Shown piece by piece: positions 38,600 to 48,005 of a stretch of DNA of 64,000 nt. Positions within the stretch are counted from its first letter, which is position 1. The number at the start of each line of letters is the position of its first letter. The stretch is from an uncultured bacterium (GTDB taxonomy: Bacteria; Verrucomicrobiota; Verrucomicrobiia; Verrucomicrobiales; DEV007). The translations under genes and the position numbers were made by a program. The stretch spans positions 64,001 to 128,000 of the forward strand of contig CAXBMO010000013.1 in assembly GCA_963977015.1 (NCBI GenBank), given 5' to 3'. Below the pieces are notes generated by a model that saw only the letters and a program-made list of their open reading frames with translations, made no database searches and was not told the DNA's origin.

Positions 38600-40027
38600 A
38601 TGAGTTCAAGAGAAACCCCTTCTGAATTATCCCGCCGTTCAGTGCTCAAAGCAGGCGGAGCCGTCGCAACCACTTCAGCACTCGCAGGAATCACTCTACC
38701 CCACGTTCATGCGGCGAATGACGATCCCACGATTCGGCTTGCCTTGGTTGGGTGCGGAGGTCGCGGAGCTGGAGCGGTTCAGAACGCGCTGAAAACGTCG
38801 ACCGAACAAGGACCGGTCAAGCTTCATGCGATGGCCGACGTTTTCGAAAACAATCTCGAAAGCAAGCACCGGGCTCTGACCGCTCGCGAAGATATGGCGC
38901 GCAACGTCGATGTGCCGCCTGAGCGCAGGTTCATCGGTTTTGACGGGTTTCGGAATGCGATCGACACCTTGCGGCCGGGCGACGTCGCCATTTTCACCAC
39001 GCCATGTGCCTTTCGAGCCGTTCACTACGAGTATGCGATCGAAAAAGGCGTCAACGTCTTCATGGAAAAGCCCGTCACTCCGGACGGCCCGACCACAAAG
39101 AAGATGTTTGAGCTCAACAAGAAGGCGAAAGCGAAGAATCTGAAGGTTGGGGTCGGCCTGATGTGTCGCCACTGCGTCGCGCGGGGGGAGTTGGCAAAAC
39201 GGGTTCAAGATGGCGAGATTGGGGACATCATCAATATGCGGGCCTATCGCATGCAGGGACCGATCGGATCCTGCTTTTCCAAGCCGAATCCTGGGGACAT
39301 GAGCGATCTGATGTATCAGATCAAACGCTTCCACAGCTTCCTCTGGCTGAGCGGAGGCTCTTTCAGCGATTTCTTCATTCACAACATCGACGAATGCTGT
39401 TGGATCAAGGGCGACTGGCCGATCGAAGCTCGCGCAACCGGTGGGCGTCACTACCGCGACCCAGACCATATTGACCAAAACTTCGACAGCTACTCGGTGG
39501 AATACACCTTTGGTGACGGTTCCAAACTGTATCTCGACGGCCGCAACATTGCCGGTTGCCAACAGGAATTCGCCAGCTTTGCCCACGGCTCAAAAGGGAG
39601 CGCGGTCATTTCCGAAAAAGGTCACGCGCCTTCCCGTGCTCGAATTTACAAGGGCCAGGTGATTCATCGTTCTGCTCGTCGGGGCGGTGGGCCCACTCAT
39701 CCTGATCAGGTTTGGGCCTATCCGCAGGAGCCTCGCGAGCCGAATCCCTATGATTTGGAGTGGGAAGCATTGATTCAGGCGATACAAACGGATACTGAGC
39801 ACAACGAAGTCGACCGTGGGCTCAAAGCCAGTCTGGTCACCTCAATGGGAAGGATGGCCGCTCACACCGGGCAGGTCATTACCTACGATCAGATCCTGAA
39901 CCACGATCACGAATTCGGTCCCGGCGCGGGCAAATTGACTTTGGAGTCCGACTCCCCGCTCATGCCTGATTCCGATGGTCGCTATCCGATTCCTCAGCCC
40001 GGCATCAAGCAGGATCGGGAATACTAA
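38600..40027 (+). CDS. Tat-exported Gfo/Idh/MocA oxidoreductase
   Basis: SRRSVLK twin-arginine signal; VGCGGRG, FMEKP, HNID. Confidence 0.92.
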   Translation: MSSRETPSELSRRSVLKAGGAVATTSALAGITLPHVHAANDDPTIRLALVGCGGRGAGAVQNALKTSTEQGPVKLHAMADVFENNLESKHRALTAREDMARNVDVPPERRFIGFDGFRNAIDTLRPGDVAIFTTPCAFRAVHYEYAIEKGVNVFMEKPVTPDGPTTKKMFELNKKAKAKNLKVGVGLMCRHCVARGELAKRVQDGEIGDIINMRAYRMQGPIGSCFSKPNPGDMSDLMYQIKRFHSFLWLSGGSFSDFFIHNIDECCWIKGDWPIEARATGGRHYRDPDHIDQNFDSYSVEYTFGDGSKLYLDGRNIAGCQQEFASFAHGSKGSAVISEKGHAPSRARIYKGQVIHRSARRGGGPTHPDQVWAYPQEPREPNPYDLEWEALIQAIQTDTEHNEVDRGLKASLVTSMGRMAAHTGQVITYDQILNHDHEFGPGAGKLTLESDSPLMPDSDGRYPIPQPGIKQDREY

Positions 40028-40155
40028 CTCTCCCTTTACGGGGACGAGATCACCCTTCGCCAATTTCCCGGCAAAGCGTCCAAAGTTTTTCCTTGGACGA
40101 GGGAGGCGATTGCGTTAAGGAAAATCTCTACGCTAATCTATAGACCCTTCGAAAA

Positions 40156-40959
40156 ATGCCTCACGTTCAAACCAACGGAATCAACATGTATTACGAGGAG
40201 CAGGGCTCCGGTGATCCTCTCATTATGATCATGGGAATTACAGCCCCGGGGGCTGTATGGGAAGCTCATTGTGAGGATTGGAGCCAGCAGTTCCGATGCA
40301 TCATGCCGGACAACCGGGGAGTCGGGAAAAGCGACAAGCCAGACGGCGACTATTCCAGCGAAATGATGGCGGACGATTATGCCGGATTGATGGACGCTCT
40401 CGGAATCGCGCAGGCCCGTGTCGTTGGAGTATCCATGGGATCGATCATTGCTCAGCAGCTTTGCCTGCGGCATCCGGCCAAAGTGAAGAGCGCGGTTTTG
40501 ATGTGTCCTTGGGCACGTTGTGATCGCTATGCGAAGTCCGTTTTCCAGCACATGGTGGATTGTAAGGCTCATTTGAGCCCAGCGCAGTTTATGGAATGGA
40601 TTCAACTCCTGATCTTCACCAAACCGTTTTGGGATAACGACGAAGCCTACGCAACGTTTCCGGAGGGACGAAAGGATGCGATGGAGGATCCCAATCCTCA
40701 ACCGTTGCAGGGGCTGAAGGGCCAGAAAGCGGCATGCGTGAATCACAACGTCGTCGATCAATTGGGATCCATCGCCCAGCCTTGTCTGGTAATTGGTGGT
40801 AAGAACGACATTTTTACTCCTCTCTGGATGGGCGAGGAAGTCGCGAATGGCATTCCGAATTGCGATCGCCATTTCTACGACGACGCCGGCCACGCCTTCC
40901 ATTGGGAACAAATGGGCGATTTTAATCCTCGCGTTCGCGAATGGCTCACCGCGCACTAA
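40156..40959 (+). CDS. Alpha/beta hydrolase
   Basis: DNRGVGKS, GVSMG nucleophile elbow, GKND, AGH. Confidence 0.92.
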   Translation: MPHVQTNGINMYYEEQGSGDPLIMIMGITAPGAVWEAHCEDWSQQFRCIMPDNRGVGKSDKPDGDYSSEMMADDYAGLMDALGIAQARVVGVSMGSIIAQQLCLRHPAKVKSAVLMCPWARCDRYAKSVFQHMVDCKAHLSPAQFMEWIQLLIFTKPFWDNDEAYATFPEGRKDAMEDPNPQPLQGLKGQKAACVNHNVVDQLGSIAQPCLVIGGKNDIFTPLWMGEEVANGIPNCDRHFYDDAGHAFHWEQMGDFNPRVREWLTAH

Positions 40960-40998
40960 CTTCCGAATTCTCAGAAAAAGCACTTACCAAAAAATACC

Positions 40999-41868
40999 AT
41001 GTCTAAGATCAAATTTGGCTCTGAAGTTTACACCTGGTTCATGCAAGGAACCGGAAAAGGCTACGACAACAAACTCGACCACATGATTCGTGTGGCGGCC
41101 CAGGCCGGCTTTACCGGAATTGAGCCGATGGTGCTCGAAATTTCCGAGAGCGCGCTTGGTTGCTCCAAGTATTGGCTGGGCGATTTTGCGGACGGCGCAA
41201 AACTGAAAGACACGCTGCAGGCCAACAACATGGAGTTGGCAGGTTTGGCGTTGGTTTGTGCTTGGGACAACGAAGAGGAGACTCCCGAGGAAAGAGCCGC
41301 GGCTGATTTCACGATGGATCTGCTCAAGCAGTTCCCGGGTTCGATGCTCGGAACGGTTACTCTGCCCAGTGGTCGCGCCAAGGATCTGCAACGCAGAAGA
41401 CTCAACGTTGCCCGGAACGTGAACAATGTCTCGAAGCGGGCGACCGACATGGGAATCAAGTGCTCCTATCATCCAAACAGCCCGCCGGATTCACTGGTTC
41501 GCACCCAGTATGACTATGACGTCGTGCTGAGTTCACTGGATCCAGCGGTTACCGGTTGGACTCCGGATGTCGGACACATCATCCGTGGTGGAATGGATGT
41601 GATCGAAACCTTGAACAAGTGGCAGCACTTGGTGAACCACATCCACTACAAGGATTTCTCCGGAAATGGTCCGGAGCCTTGGGCGCAGATGGGAACCGGA
41701 AAGCTGGATTTTCACAAAGTCACCGAGTGGCTCACGTTGCGGAACTACGAAGGCTGGATCATCTGCGAAGATGAAGCTCATGGTGCGGTCGAAGATCCCG
41801 ATGGCATCACGCTGCAGAACGGTCAGTGGTGCAAGGACAACTTGTACAAGCTGGTCGGCCTCGAGTAA
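40999..41868 (+). CDS. Sugar phosphate isomerase/epimerase TIM barrel (IolE-like)
   Basis: GFTGIE, YHPN, DVGH, HIHYKD, MGTG.LDF, YEGWIICE. Confidence 0.85.
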   Translation: MSKIKFGSEVYTWFMQGTGKGYDNKLDHMIRVAAQAGFTGIEPMVLEISESALGCSKYWLGDFADGAKLKDTLQANNMELAGLALVCAWDNEEETPEERAAADFTMDLLKQFPGSMLGTVTLPSGRAKDLQRRRLNVARNVNNVSKRATDMGIKCSYHPNSPPDSLVRTQYDYDVVLSSLDPAVTGWTPDVGHIIRGGMDVIETLNKWQHLVNHIHYKDFSGNGPEPWAQMGTGKLDFHKVTEWLTLRNYEGWIICEDEAHGAVEDPDGITLQNGQWCKDNLYKLVGLE

Positions 41869-42533
41869 TCAGCGACGCCAGATCAACTCTGTTTGTCGGC
41901 ATTGATGTCGGCATCAATCGTGGATGCGCCTACTCGGTCTTGGATCGAGACGCCTCCATGGTTGCCAGTGGTTGGTTCGCGCAGAAGCCACCGGCTGAAC
42001 TTCTCCAACGGATTCGGAGCGCCGATTTTGCCCATGTGGGAATCGACGCGCCGCGGTGCGCGGTTCCGAAACCCCGTTCCTGGTATTGGGAAGGTGCCAA
42101 ACAGACGTGGCGACGCCGGACCAGGGAGCGTGGCGCAGGCAGGCATTGTGAGGTCGTGATCAAGGCCCACAAGCTCGGGAATCCGCAATGGTCGCCGCTG
42201 GTCGGTGATGAAATTCCGGCGTGGATGACGCAGGGGTTCGCGTTGTTTGCGCGTTTTTCCGCATTGGATCGGATTCGGGTTGATGAGGTGTTTCCCACCG
42301 CAAGCTATGCCTGCCTGGCCGGAAAGACGAGTCCCCGGCTCCAGATCGATCTTTCCAGTTGTCGACCGGGCCCCAAGGACCTTCTCGACTCCAGTGTGGC
42401 GGCGCTCACCGTGCTGGAATTTGCGCAGGGGAGGGGGCAGGAAGTTGGTGGAGGTGATGGTTTGGGAACCATCGTGCTGCCTACAATGTTGGGTGCGCCG
42501 ATACGGGAGGTTCTGGCGTGGCCGGAATCATGA
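41826..42533 (+). CDS. DUF429-like predicted RNase H-fold nuclease (start uncertain)
   Basis: FVGIDVG, VGIDAP, EVFPTA, DLLDS motifs. Confidence 0.7.
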   Translation: MVQGQLVQAGRPRVISDARSTLFVGIDVGINRGCAYSVLDRDASMVASGWFAQKPPAELLQRIRSADFAHVGIDAPRCAVPKPRSWYWEGAKQTWRRRTRERGAGRHCEVVIKAHKLGNPQWSPLVGDEIPAWMTQGFALFARFSALDRIRVDEVFPTASYACLAGKTSPRLQIDLSSCRPGPKDLLDSSVAALTVLEFAQGRGQEVGGGDGLGTIVLPTMLGAPIREVLAWPES

Positions 42534-42552
42534 GCACGACGGATCATTAACG

Positions 42553-42583
42553 AAAAAGCCCGACCTTCTCGCGAAGGCCGGGC
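42553..42583 (-). terminator. Intrinsic terminator closing the minus-strand suf run
   Basis: Minus strand GCCCGGCCTTC-GCGA-GAAGGTCGGGC-TTTTT. Confidence 0.8.
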
Positions 42584-42677
42584 CCACTCTTCTATCGTCG
42601 GTTAGTTGAGAAATCCAATGGCAACGCCATCAGACCCAAATTGGTCGTGGAGGACAGCAATCGCCTTACATTGATCG

Positions 42678-43970
42678 CTAGGTTTGTGGCCAGTCGTGCT
42701 TGGTCTCTTTGAGGATTTCAAGAATCCGATCACGTTCGGTGAGAGACAGGTGCGACGAGAGCGCTTCCAGTGAGTCACCCGAAAGCGTGGCGTGGAGTTG
42801 TCGATAAACTTCCGCTTTGAGCCAGGGAGTCAGGTGGTCGAAGACTTCGGAATAAATGACGTAACTGCAGCGGTATTTGAACAACCGCTCGTAAAGCCGG
42901 AGATCCTTCAGGGATCGACCATCGGCTGCGGGTCGTCGATTTCGACTGAAGGCGGTTGCAAACGCTTCGCCGCCTTCGACGCCGTCGCCTTTCATCTGGT
43001 GTTCATTGCGAAAGAGGAGCCCTTCGACAATTCTGGTAGCCTGCGATTCGATCACACGTTTCAACGTCCCTTCGGGCACCGTGAGGGGAGGTTCGTCCAT
43101 TGCCTTTCGCATTGCCGCGGTCCGGTGCTGGAGTTGGCGAACGCTGAGGTTGGCCGCGCTCAAGGTGTTGTGCATCGCGACTTGGTGCTCGAAAATCATC
43201 AGGGCAACGACATCACTGCTGCCTTTGGCCGGGTATTGGTGGGTGTCAAAGATCTCGTTGAGACGAGTCAGGGCCAGATGTTGGTCGGCGAGGGGAACCA
43301 TGGTGACTTCGCCTTCGGTTTCCCTCGCGATGGCATTCCCGAGATGGGTTTGATCTCCAACGGTTCCGGTAACAAACCAGCCTCCCCATCGGTCCTGGAC
43401 CGCCGTGGATTGATCAACGTAGGTTGAGCCGGCGTGGAAGAGTGGCAGTCCATCTTCCTGGGCAAAAACGGAGCGGACCAACCCGCCGGGGATTCCTCCG
43501 GTCGAGGAACGCTCATGGCAACTGAGACAGGAAGTCGGCCGGTCGAATCGACGGTGGCTGGTTTCCGGCTGTGTCGGATCGACGAGGTAAAAAACGGCCC
43601 CCAGCTTTGGATCATACGTCAGGATCTCGATGCTTCCGCCTTTCGCCCAACCAACGTAGCAATTGTCCGAAAAAAAGATGGCCCGAGGGTGCTGTGGGCT
43701 GATCAGCGAGTTTTGGGCGCTGGTTTTGGAGAAGACCAGAATCTGCGATTCGACCGGAACCTCCAACTGCTCAAGGATCTGGAGCAGCGCCTTGTTTCGA
43801 GTCGTTGAGAGGCTGAAGCTTCCCGACTCGATCTTTCTCTGAAGCAGGGCAAACCGATCGGTTGGAACCGAGTCCGTATAATTGATCGGCGCCGATTCAA
43901 TGTCGACCGCTGCGAGTTGAATCAGGCTCGCTGCGAAAAATGCGCTGAGATAGGTGACCGAACGAATCAT
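42678..43970 (-). CDS. Exported protein with one c-type heme motif (PVC-type hypothetical)
   Basis: Signal peptide; SQILVFSKTS, CLSCH, RWGGWFVTG, SDVVALM; start placed at MIRS. Confidence 0.75.
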   Translation of the reverse strand: MIRSVTYLSAFFAASLIQLAAVDIESAPINYTDSVPTDRFALLQRKIESGSFSLSTTRNKALLQILEQLEVPVESQILVFSKTSAQNSLISPQHPRAIFFSDNCYVGWAKGGSIEILTYDPKLGAVFYLVDPTQPETSHRRFDRPTSCLSCHERSSTGGIPGGLVRSVFAQEDGLPLFHAGSTYVDQSTAVQDRWGGWFVTGTVGDQTHLGNAIARETEGEVTMVPLADQHLALTRLNEIFDTHQYPAKGSSDVVALMIFEHQVAMHNTLSAANLSVRQLQHRTAAMRKAMDEPPLTVPEGTLKRVIESQATRIVEGLLFRNEHQMKGDGVEGGEAFATAFSRNRRPAADGRSLKDLRLYERLFKYRCSYVIYSEVFDHLTPWLKAEVYRQLHATLSGDSLEALSSHLSLTERDRILEILKETKHDWPQT

Positions 43971-44009
43971 GGTGCGGGCCAATTACACGCATCGCACCAG
44001 CTCGAGCTA

Positions 44010-45224
44010 TCATCCAACCAACCTGCGCAATCTCTTCGTCACCAATCCAATGAGGATTTCGCGAATGTCTTCACATTCGATTTTCGAGATCACTTCGTTG
44101 GCAAAACCAAGGGTGATCAGCCGTCTCGCTGAAACTTCCGGAATGCCTCTGGCGTTGAGGTAGAAGAGCTGCTCAGGATCAATTTGACCGTTGGTTGCAC
44201 CGTGACTGCACCTCACTTGATCCGCATTGATTTCCAGTCCGGGGAGCGAGTTGGCTTCTGCCTCGTCGCTCAACAGCAGGTTGCGGCAGGTTTGGAATGA
44301 ATCCGTATGGTGCGCATTGTCATCGACTTGAATCAGGCCGGCGAAAATCGTCTTGGCCTTCGCGAAGAGCGCGTTCTTGAACAACAAATTACTGTGGGCG
44401 TTGCCGCTGGCGTGATGTTGCAAGGTTCGCTGATCGAACTCGCGGACTCCATCCACCAAGTTGAGTCCCAATAGTTCGCAATCGGCTCCGGGCGACGCCA
44501 TTTCAGCAGTGCATTCCTGACGAACCCAATCCGAGCCAAAGTTTCCAAAAAACGTGCGAATCTGAGCATCGCGGCCAGTTTCAGAGTGGGCGGCATGAAC
44601 AAATTTGCTCGTATCGCTCATTTCCTGGGACAATGCGTAGGTTGTTTTGGCCCCTTGAGCCGCAGAAATTGCGGTCGCATGGATGGCGAGGTTGCTGGAC
44701 GAAGCCGATGCCTGGATGCGTTCGAAGACGCTGATTTTCGAATTCTCGCCAGCCAGGATGACGGTGAGACTGTAGGCAGCGGTTTGGTCGCCTTCGACTT
44801 CGCGGATCAAGGAGATGGGCGATTCAATCTCGACATTCTTGGGAACGACGATGCAGGTGCCGACGAGCGTCTCCGCAGCGTGTGCCTTGGCCATGAAGAT
44901 CTCTGAACCGAGCTTTCCTTCGAGGTTGGAAAGTTGAGCGGCAACCGCTTCGCCGTATTTGGTTAACCCTTCCTCGAGGGTCATGATTTCGATTCTCTCG
45001 TCGGCGCCCTCCAGCAAAGGCTGGCTCGCTGGGGCCGGAGAAAAGCCGTCGATCGAAGCACGCTTCAAGTCGGCAAAACGCCAACGTTCGTCGGTTCGCT
45101 TCGGCCAATCTAACGCGTCAAGACGGGTTGCGGCTTGGGCGCGGAATTGGGAAATAGGCGAATGAGCGGCGGACACGGAAGACTGAGGCACTGGTTCTGG
45201 TTGGAGTTGAGCAGATTGGGACAT
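44010..45224 (-). CDS. sufD: Fe-S cluster assembly protein SufD
   Basis: ERWRF, NLLLS, PGLEINADQVRCSHGAT, FYLNARGI. Confidence 0.93.
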   Translation of the reverse strand: MSQSAQLQPEPVPQSSVSAAHSPISQFRAQAATRLDALDWPKRTDERWRFADLKRASIDGFSPAPASQPLLEGADERIEIMTLEEGLTKYGEAVAAQLSNLEGKLGSEIFMAKAHAAETLVGTCIVVPKNVEIESPISLIREVEGDQTAAYSLTVILAGENSKISVFERIQASASSSNLAIHATAISAAQGAKTTYALSQEMSDTSKFVHAAHSETGRDAQIRTFFGNFGSDWVRQECTAEMASPGADCELLGLNLVDGVREFDQRTLQHHASGNAHSNLLFKNALFAKAKTIFAGLIQVDDNAHHTDSFQTCRNLLLSDEAEANSLPGLEINADQVRCSHGATNGQIDPEQLFYLNARGIPEVSARRLITLGFANEVISKIECEDIREILIGLVTKRLRRLVG

Positions 45225-45245
45225 TGAAAAAAGGAGTAAAGCGAT

Positions 45246-46661
45246 TTAACCAACGGAACCTTCCATTTCGAGGTCGATCAGGCGCTTCAGTTCGACGCTG
45301 TATTCCATCGGGAATTCCCGAACGAGATCGTTGACGAATCCATTGACGCTTAAGCTCATGGCCGCGGCTTCACTGAGTCCCCGCTGCCGCATGTAAAAGA
45401 TTTGTTCTTCGCTGACCTGGCTGACGCTGGCTTCGTGCTGCGTTGCATTCTGGTTCCCCCGCACGGTGATGGCAGGGTAGGTGTCGGTACGACTATTCGA
45501 GTTAATGAGGAGGGCGTCGCATTCGGTATTGTTTTTGCAGCCCTTCAGGTGACGCGGAATGTGAACCTGGCCGCGGTAGGTGGACCGGCCTTTTCCAACG
45601 CTGATGCTTTTGGCCACGATATTCGACGTCGTTTCGTCAGCGGCATGAATCATTTTCGCTCCGGTATCCTGATGCTGACCGTCGTTGGCGAGTGCGATGG
45701 AGATGACCTCGCCACGGGCTTTGCGCCCCTTCATGATGACGCCGGGGTACTTCATGGTAAGACGCGAGCCGATGTTGCAGTCGATCCAGCGAATCTCCGC
45801 GTTCTCGTGAGCCAGGCCGCGTTTCGTGACCAGGTTGAAGACGTTGTTGCTCCAGTTTTGAACGGTGATGTATTGGATCTTGGCGTTCGGCATCGCCACG
45901 AGTTCGACCACGGCACTGTGGAGAGTCGCAGTCTCAAACTTGGGTGCGGTACATCCTTCCATGTAGGTAACTTCGGCACCTTCATCCACGATGATGAGGG
46001 TTCGCTCGAACTGCCCAAATTGCTCGGCATTGATGCGGAAGTAGGCCTGAAGCGGGTGAGCGACTTTGACGCCCGGAGGAACATAAATGAAGCTACCCCC
46101 ACTGAAGACTGCGCTGTTGAGGGCGGAGAACTTATTGTCGCCGGTCGGAATCACCTTGCCGAACCACTTCCGGAAAATCTCCGGATGTTCGCGCAGGCCT
46201 TCACTGCTGTTCATGAAGATGACGCCCTGCTTGTTGAACTCATCCTTAATGTTGGAATAAGCTGCCTCGCTGTCGAACTGGGCCTCGACTCCCGCCAGAA
46301 ATTTGCGCTCCTGCTCCGGAATTCCAAGCCGTTCGAACGTCTCTTTCACGTCGTCAGGAACTTCATCCCAACTGCGGGTTGGAGTCTGCCCTTTCGAGAG
46401 GTAGTAACGGATCTCGTCGAAATGGATATTCTCCAAATCCTTGCTCGCCCAGTTGGTGGGCATCGGCTTGTCATTGAAGACTTTGAGGGCGCGTTGCCGA
46501 AAGTCGCGAATCCAATCGTCCTCCCCCTTGATGTTGGAGATGTAATCGACGGTCTCTTTGCTGAGACCACGTCCCGCATCGTGTTTGTAGTCTTCCGGGT
46601 AGGTAAAGTCGCCTTTGCTACGATCGATGGCGACCGCTTCGAGTGTGGTGGATTCGGACAT
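45246..46661 (-). CDS. sufB: Fe-S cluster assembly protein SufB
   Basis: [37 protein letters not shown]. Confidence 0.97.
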   Translation of the reverse strand: MSESTTLEAVAIDRSKGDFTYPEDYKHDAGRGLSKETVDYISNIKGEDDWIRDFRQRALKVFNDKPMPTNWASKDLENIHFDEIRYYLSKGQTPTRSWDEVPDDVKETFERLGIPEQERKFLAGVEAQFDSEAAYSNIKDEFNKQGVIFMNSSEGLREHPEIFRKWFGKVIPTGDNKFSALNSAVFSGGSFIYVPPGVKVAHPLQAYFRINAEQFGQFERTLIIVDEGAEVTYMEGCTAPKFETATLHSAVVELVAMPNAKIQYITVQNWSNNVFNLVTKRGLAHENAEIRWIDCNIGSRLTMKYPGVIMKGRKARGEVISIALANDGQHQDTGAKMIHAADETTSNIVAKSISVGKGRSTYRGQVHIPRHLKGCKNNTECDALLINSNSRTDTYPAITVRGNQNATQHEASVSQVSEEQIFYMRQRGLSEAAAMSLSVNGFVNDLVREFPMEYSVELKRLIDLEMEGSVG

Positions 46662-46690
46662 GGTTCTAAAAGTGGGGAGTCGTTAAAAAA

Positions 46691-47455
46691 TTAGGCAGTC
46701 ACAGCTTCTGGCTCTTGCTCTTTCAGCCAGTCGTAGCCCTTTTCTTCCAGTTCCAAGGCAAGCTCTTTCCCGCCTGTGCGAACGATTTTTCCATTGGAAA
46801 GCACGTGAACGTAGTCGGGCTCAATGTAGTCGAGAAGTCGCTGGTAGTGGGTGATCAGGAGAAAACCTCTCTCCGGGGAGCGCATGCGGTTAACCCCGTC
46901 TGCAACGATCTTGAGGGCGTCGATGTCGAGACCGGAATCGGTTTCGTCAAGCACCGCGTAGGTTGGCTCCAGCATCGTCATCTGGAGGATCTCATTTCGC
47001 TTTTTCTCACCACCGGAGAAGCCTTCGTTGACGGAGCGACCGGTAAATTTCCGGTCCATTCCAAGTTCATCCATCTTGGCATACATTCCCTTGTAGAACT
47101 GCACCGCGTCGATGTCCTCACCCTTGGGCAATCTTGCTTGAAGTGCCTCCCTCAGAAAGTTGGCGTTGGTCACACCGGGGATTTCGTAGGGATATTGAAA
47201 CGCCAGGAAGAATCCGGCGCGGGACCGCTCGTCCACCTCCATATCAAGGAGATTGACCCCATCCATGATCACCTCGCCAGCGGTCACTTCGTAGTCTTCA
47301 TGGCCGGCCAAGACCTTGGCCAGCGTGCTTTTGCCAGAGCCGTTCGGTCCCATAATTGCATGGATCTCCCCTTTGGGAATTTCAAGATTCAGCCCTTTGA
47401 GGATTTCCTGACCTTCCACCGAGGCGCGAAGGTTGTTGATTTTCAGTGAGTTCAT
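46691..47455 (-). CDS. sufC: Fe-S cluster assembly ATPase SufC
   Basis: [36 protein letters not shown]; start placed at MNSL. Confidence 0.97.
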   Translation of the reverse strand: MNSLKINNLRASVEGQEILKGLNLEIPKGEIHAIMGPNGSGKSTLAKVLAGHEDYEVTAGEVIMDGVNLLDMEVDERSRAGFFLAFQYPYEIPGVTNANFLREALQARLPKGEDIDAVQFYKGMYAKMDELGMDRKFTGRSVNEGFSGGEKKRNEILQMTMLEPTYAVLDETDSGLDIDALKIVADGVNRMRSPERGFLLITHYQRLLDYIEPDYVHVLSNGKIVRTGGKELALELEEKGYDWLKEQEPEAVTA

Positions 47456-47469
47456 TATGGTAGGTAAAT

Positions 47470-47928
47470 TTATGATTCTTGGCTTGCTGCCGCACAAGAG
47501 GAGCAGACTCCCCTCATCGCCACTTCCACGAGTTCAACCTTGGTGCCGCTGGGGATATCCCAGGAGGACAGCGTTGAACTGGGCTCCGCTGGAGCTACGT
47601 CCTGGACTTGTCCACAGTTGCTGCAGAAAAAATGGGCGTGATCGTGCAGATTGGGACAAAACCGGGAGGGCTCTCGATCGACATTAACCTGTTTGACGAG
47701 GCCGGCATCGGTAAGCGTTTCGAGGCAATTGTAGACGGTTGCCAGCGAAATAGCTGACATCCGTTCCTTGCTGCGTAGAAAGACCTCGGTAGCCGTTGGA
47801 TGATCTTTCTGATCCATCAGAACGTCGTAAACCACCCTGCGCTGCTTCGTCATCCGGATTCCCGGAGTCTTGGCCGGGGATGCGGATTGAACGCGCTCGA
47901 GATCGGTACGCAATTTTGATGGGGGCAT
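47470..47928 (-). CDS. Fur/PerR family transcriptional regulator, first gene of the suf operon
   Basis: [34 protein letters not shown]. Confidence 0.93.
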   Translation of the reverse strand: MPPSKLRTDLERVQSASPAKTPGIRMTKQRRVVYDVLMDQKDHPTATEVFLRSKERMSAISLATVYNCLETLTDAGLVKQVNVDREPSRFCPNLHDHAHFFCSNCGQVQDVAPAEPSSTLSSWDIPSGTKVELVEVAMRGVCSSCAAASQES

Positions 47929-47958
47929 GTAAGACCCTAGCCATCAGCTATTTTAGAT

Positions 47959-47973
47959 CAAGAATTATTCTAA
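47959..47973. promoter_or_regulatory. Per/Fur-box-like 7-1-7 imperfect inverted repeat
   Basis: Minus strand TTAGAAT-A-ATTCTTG in an AT-rich patch 30 nt upstream of the regulator ATG. Confidence 0.6.
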
Positions 47974-48005
47974 ATAAAAACTAGCTCGTCGTATCTCGAC
48001 CGATT

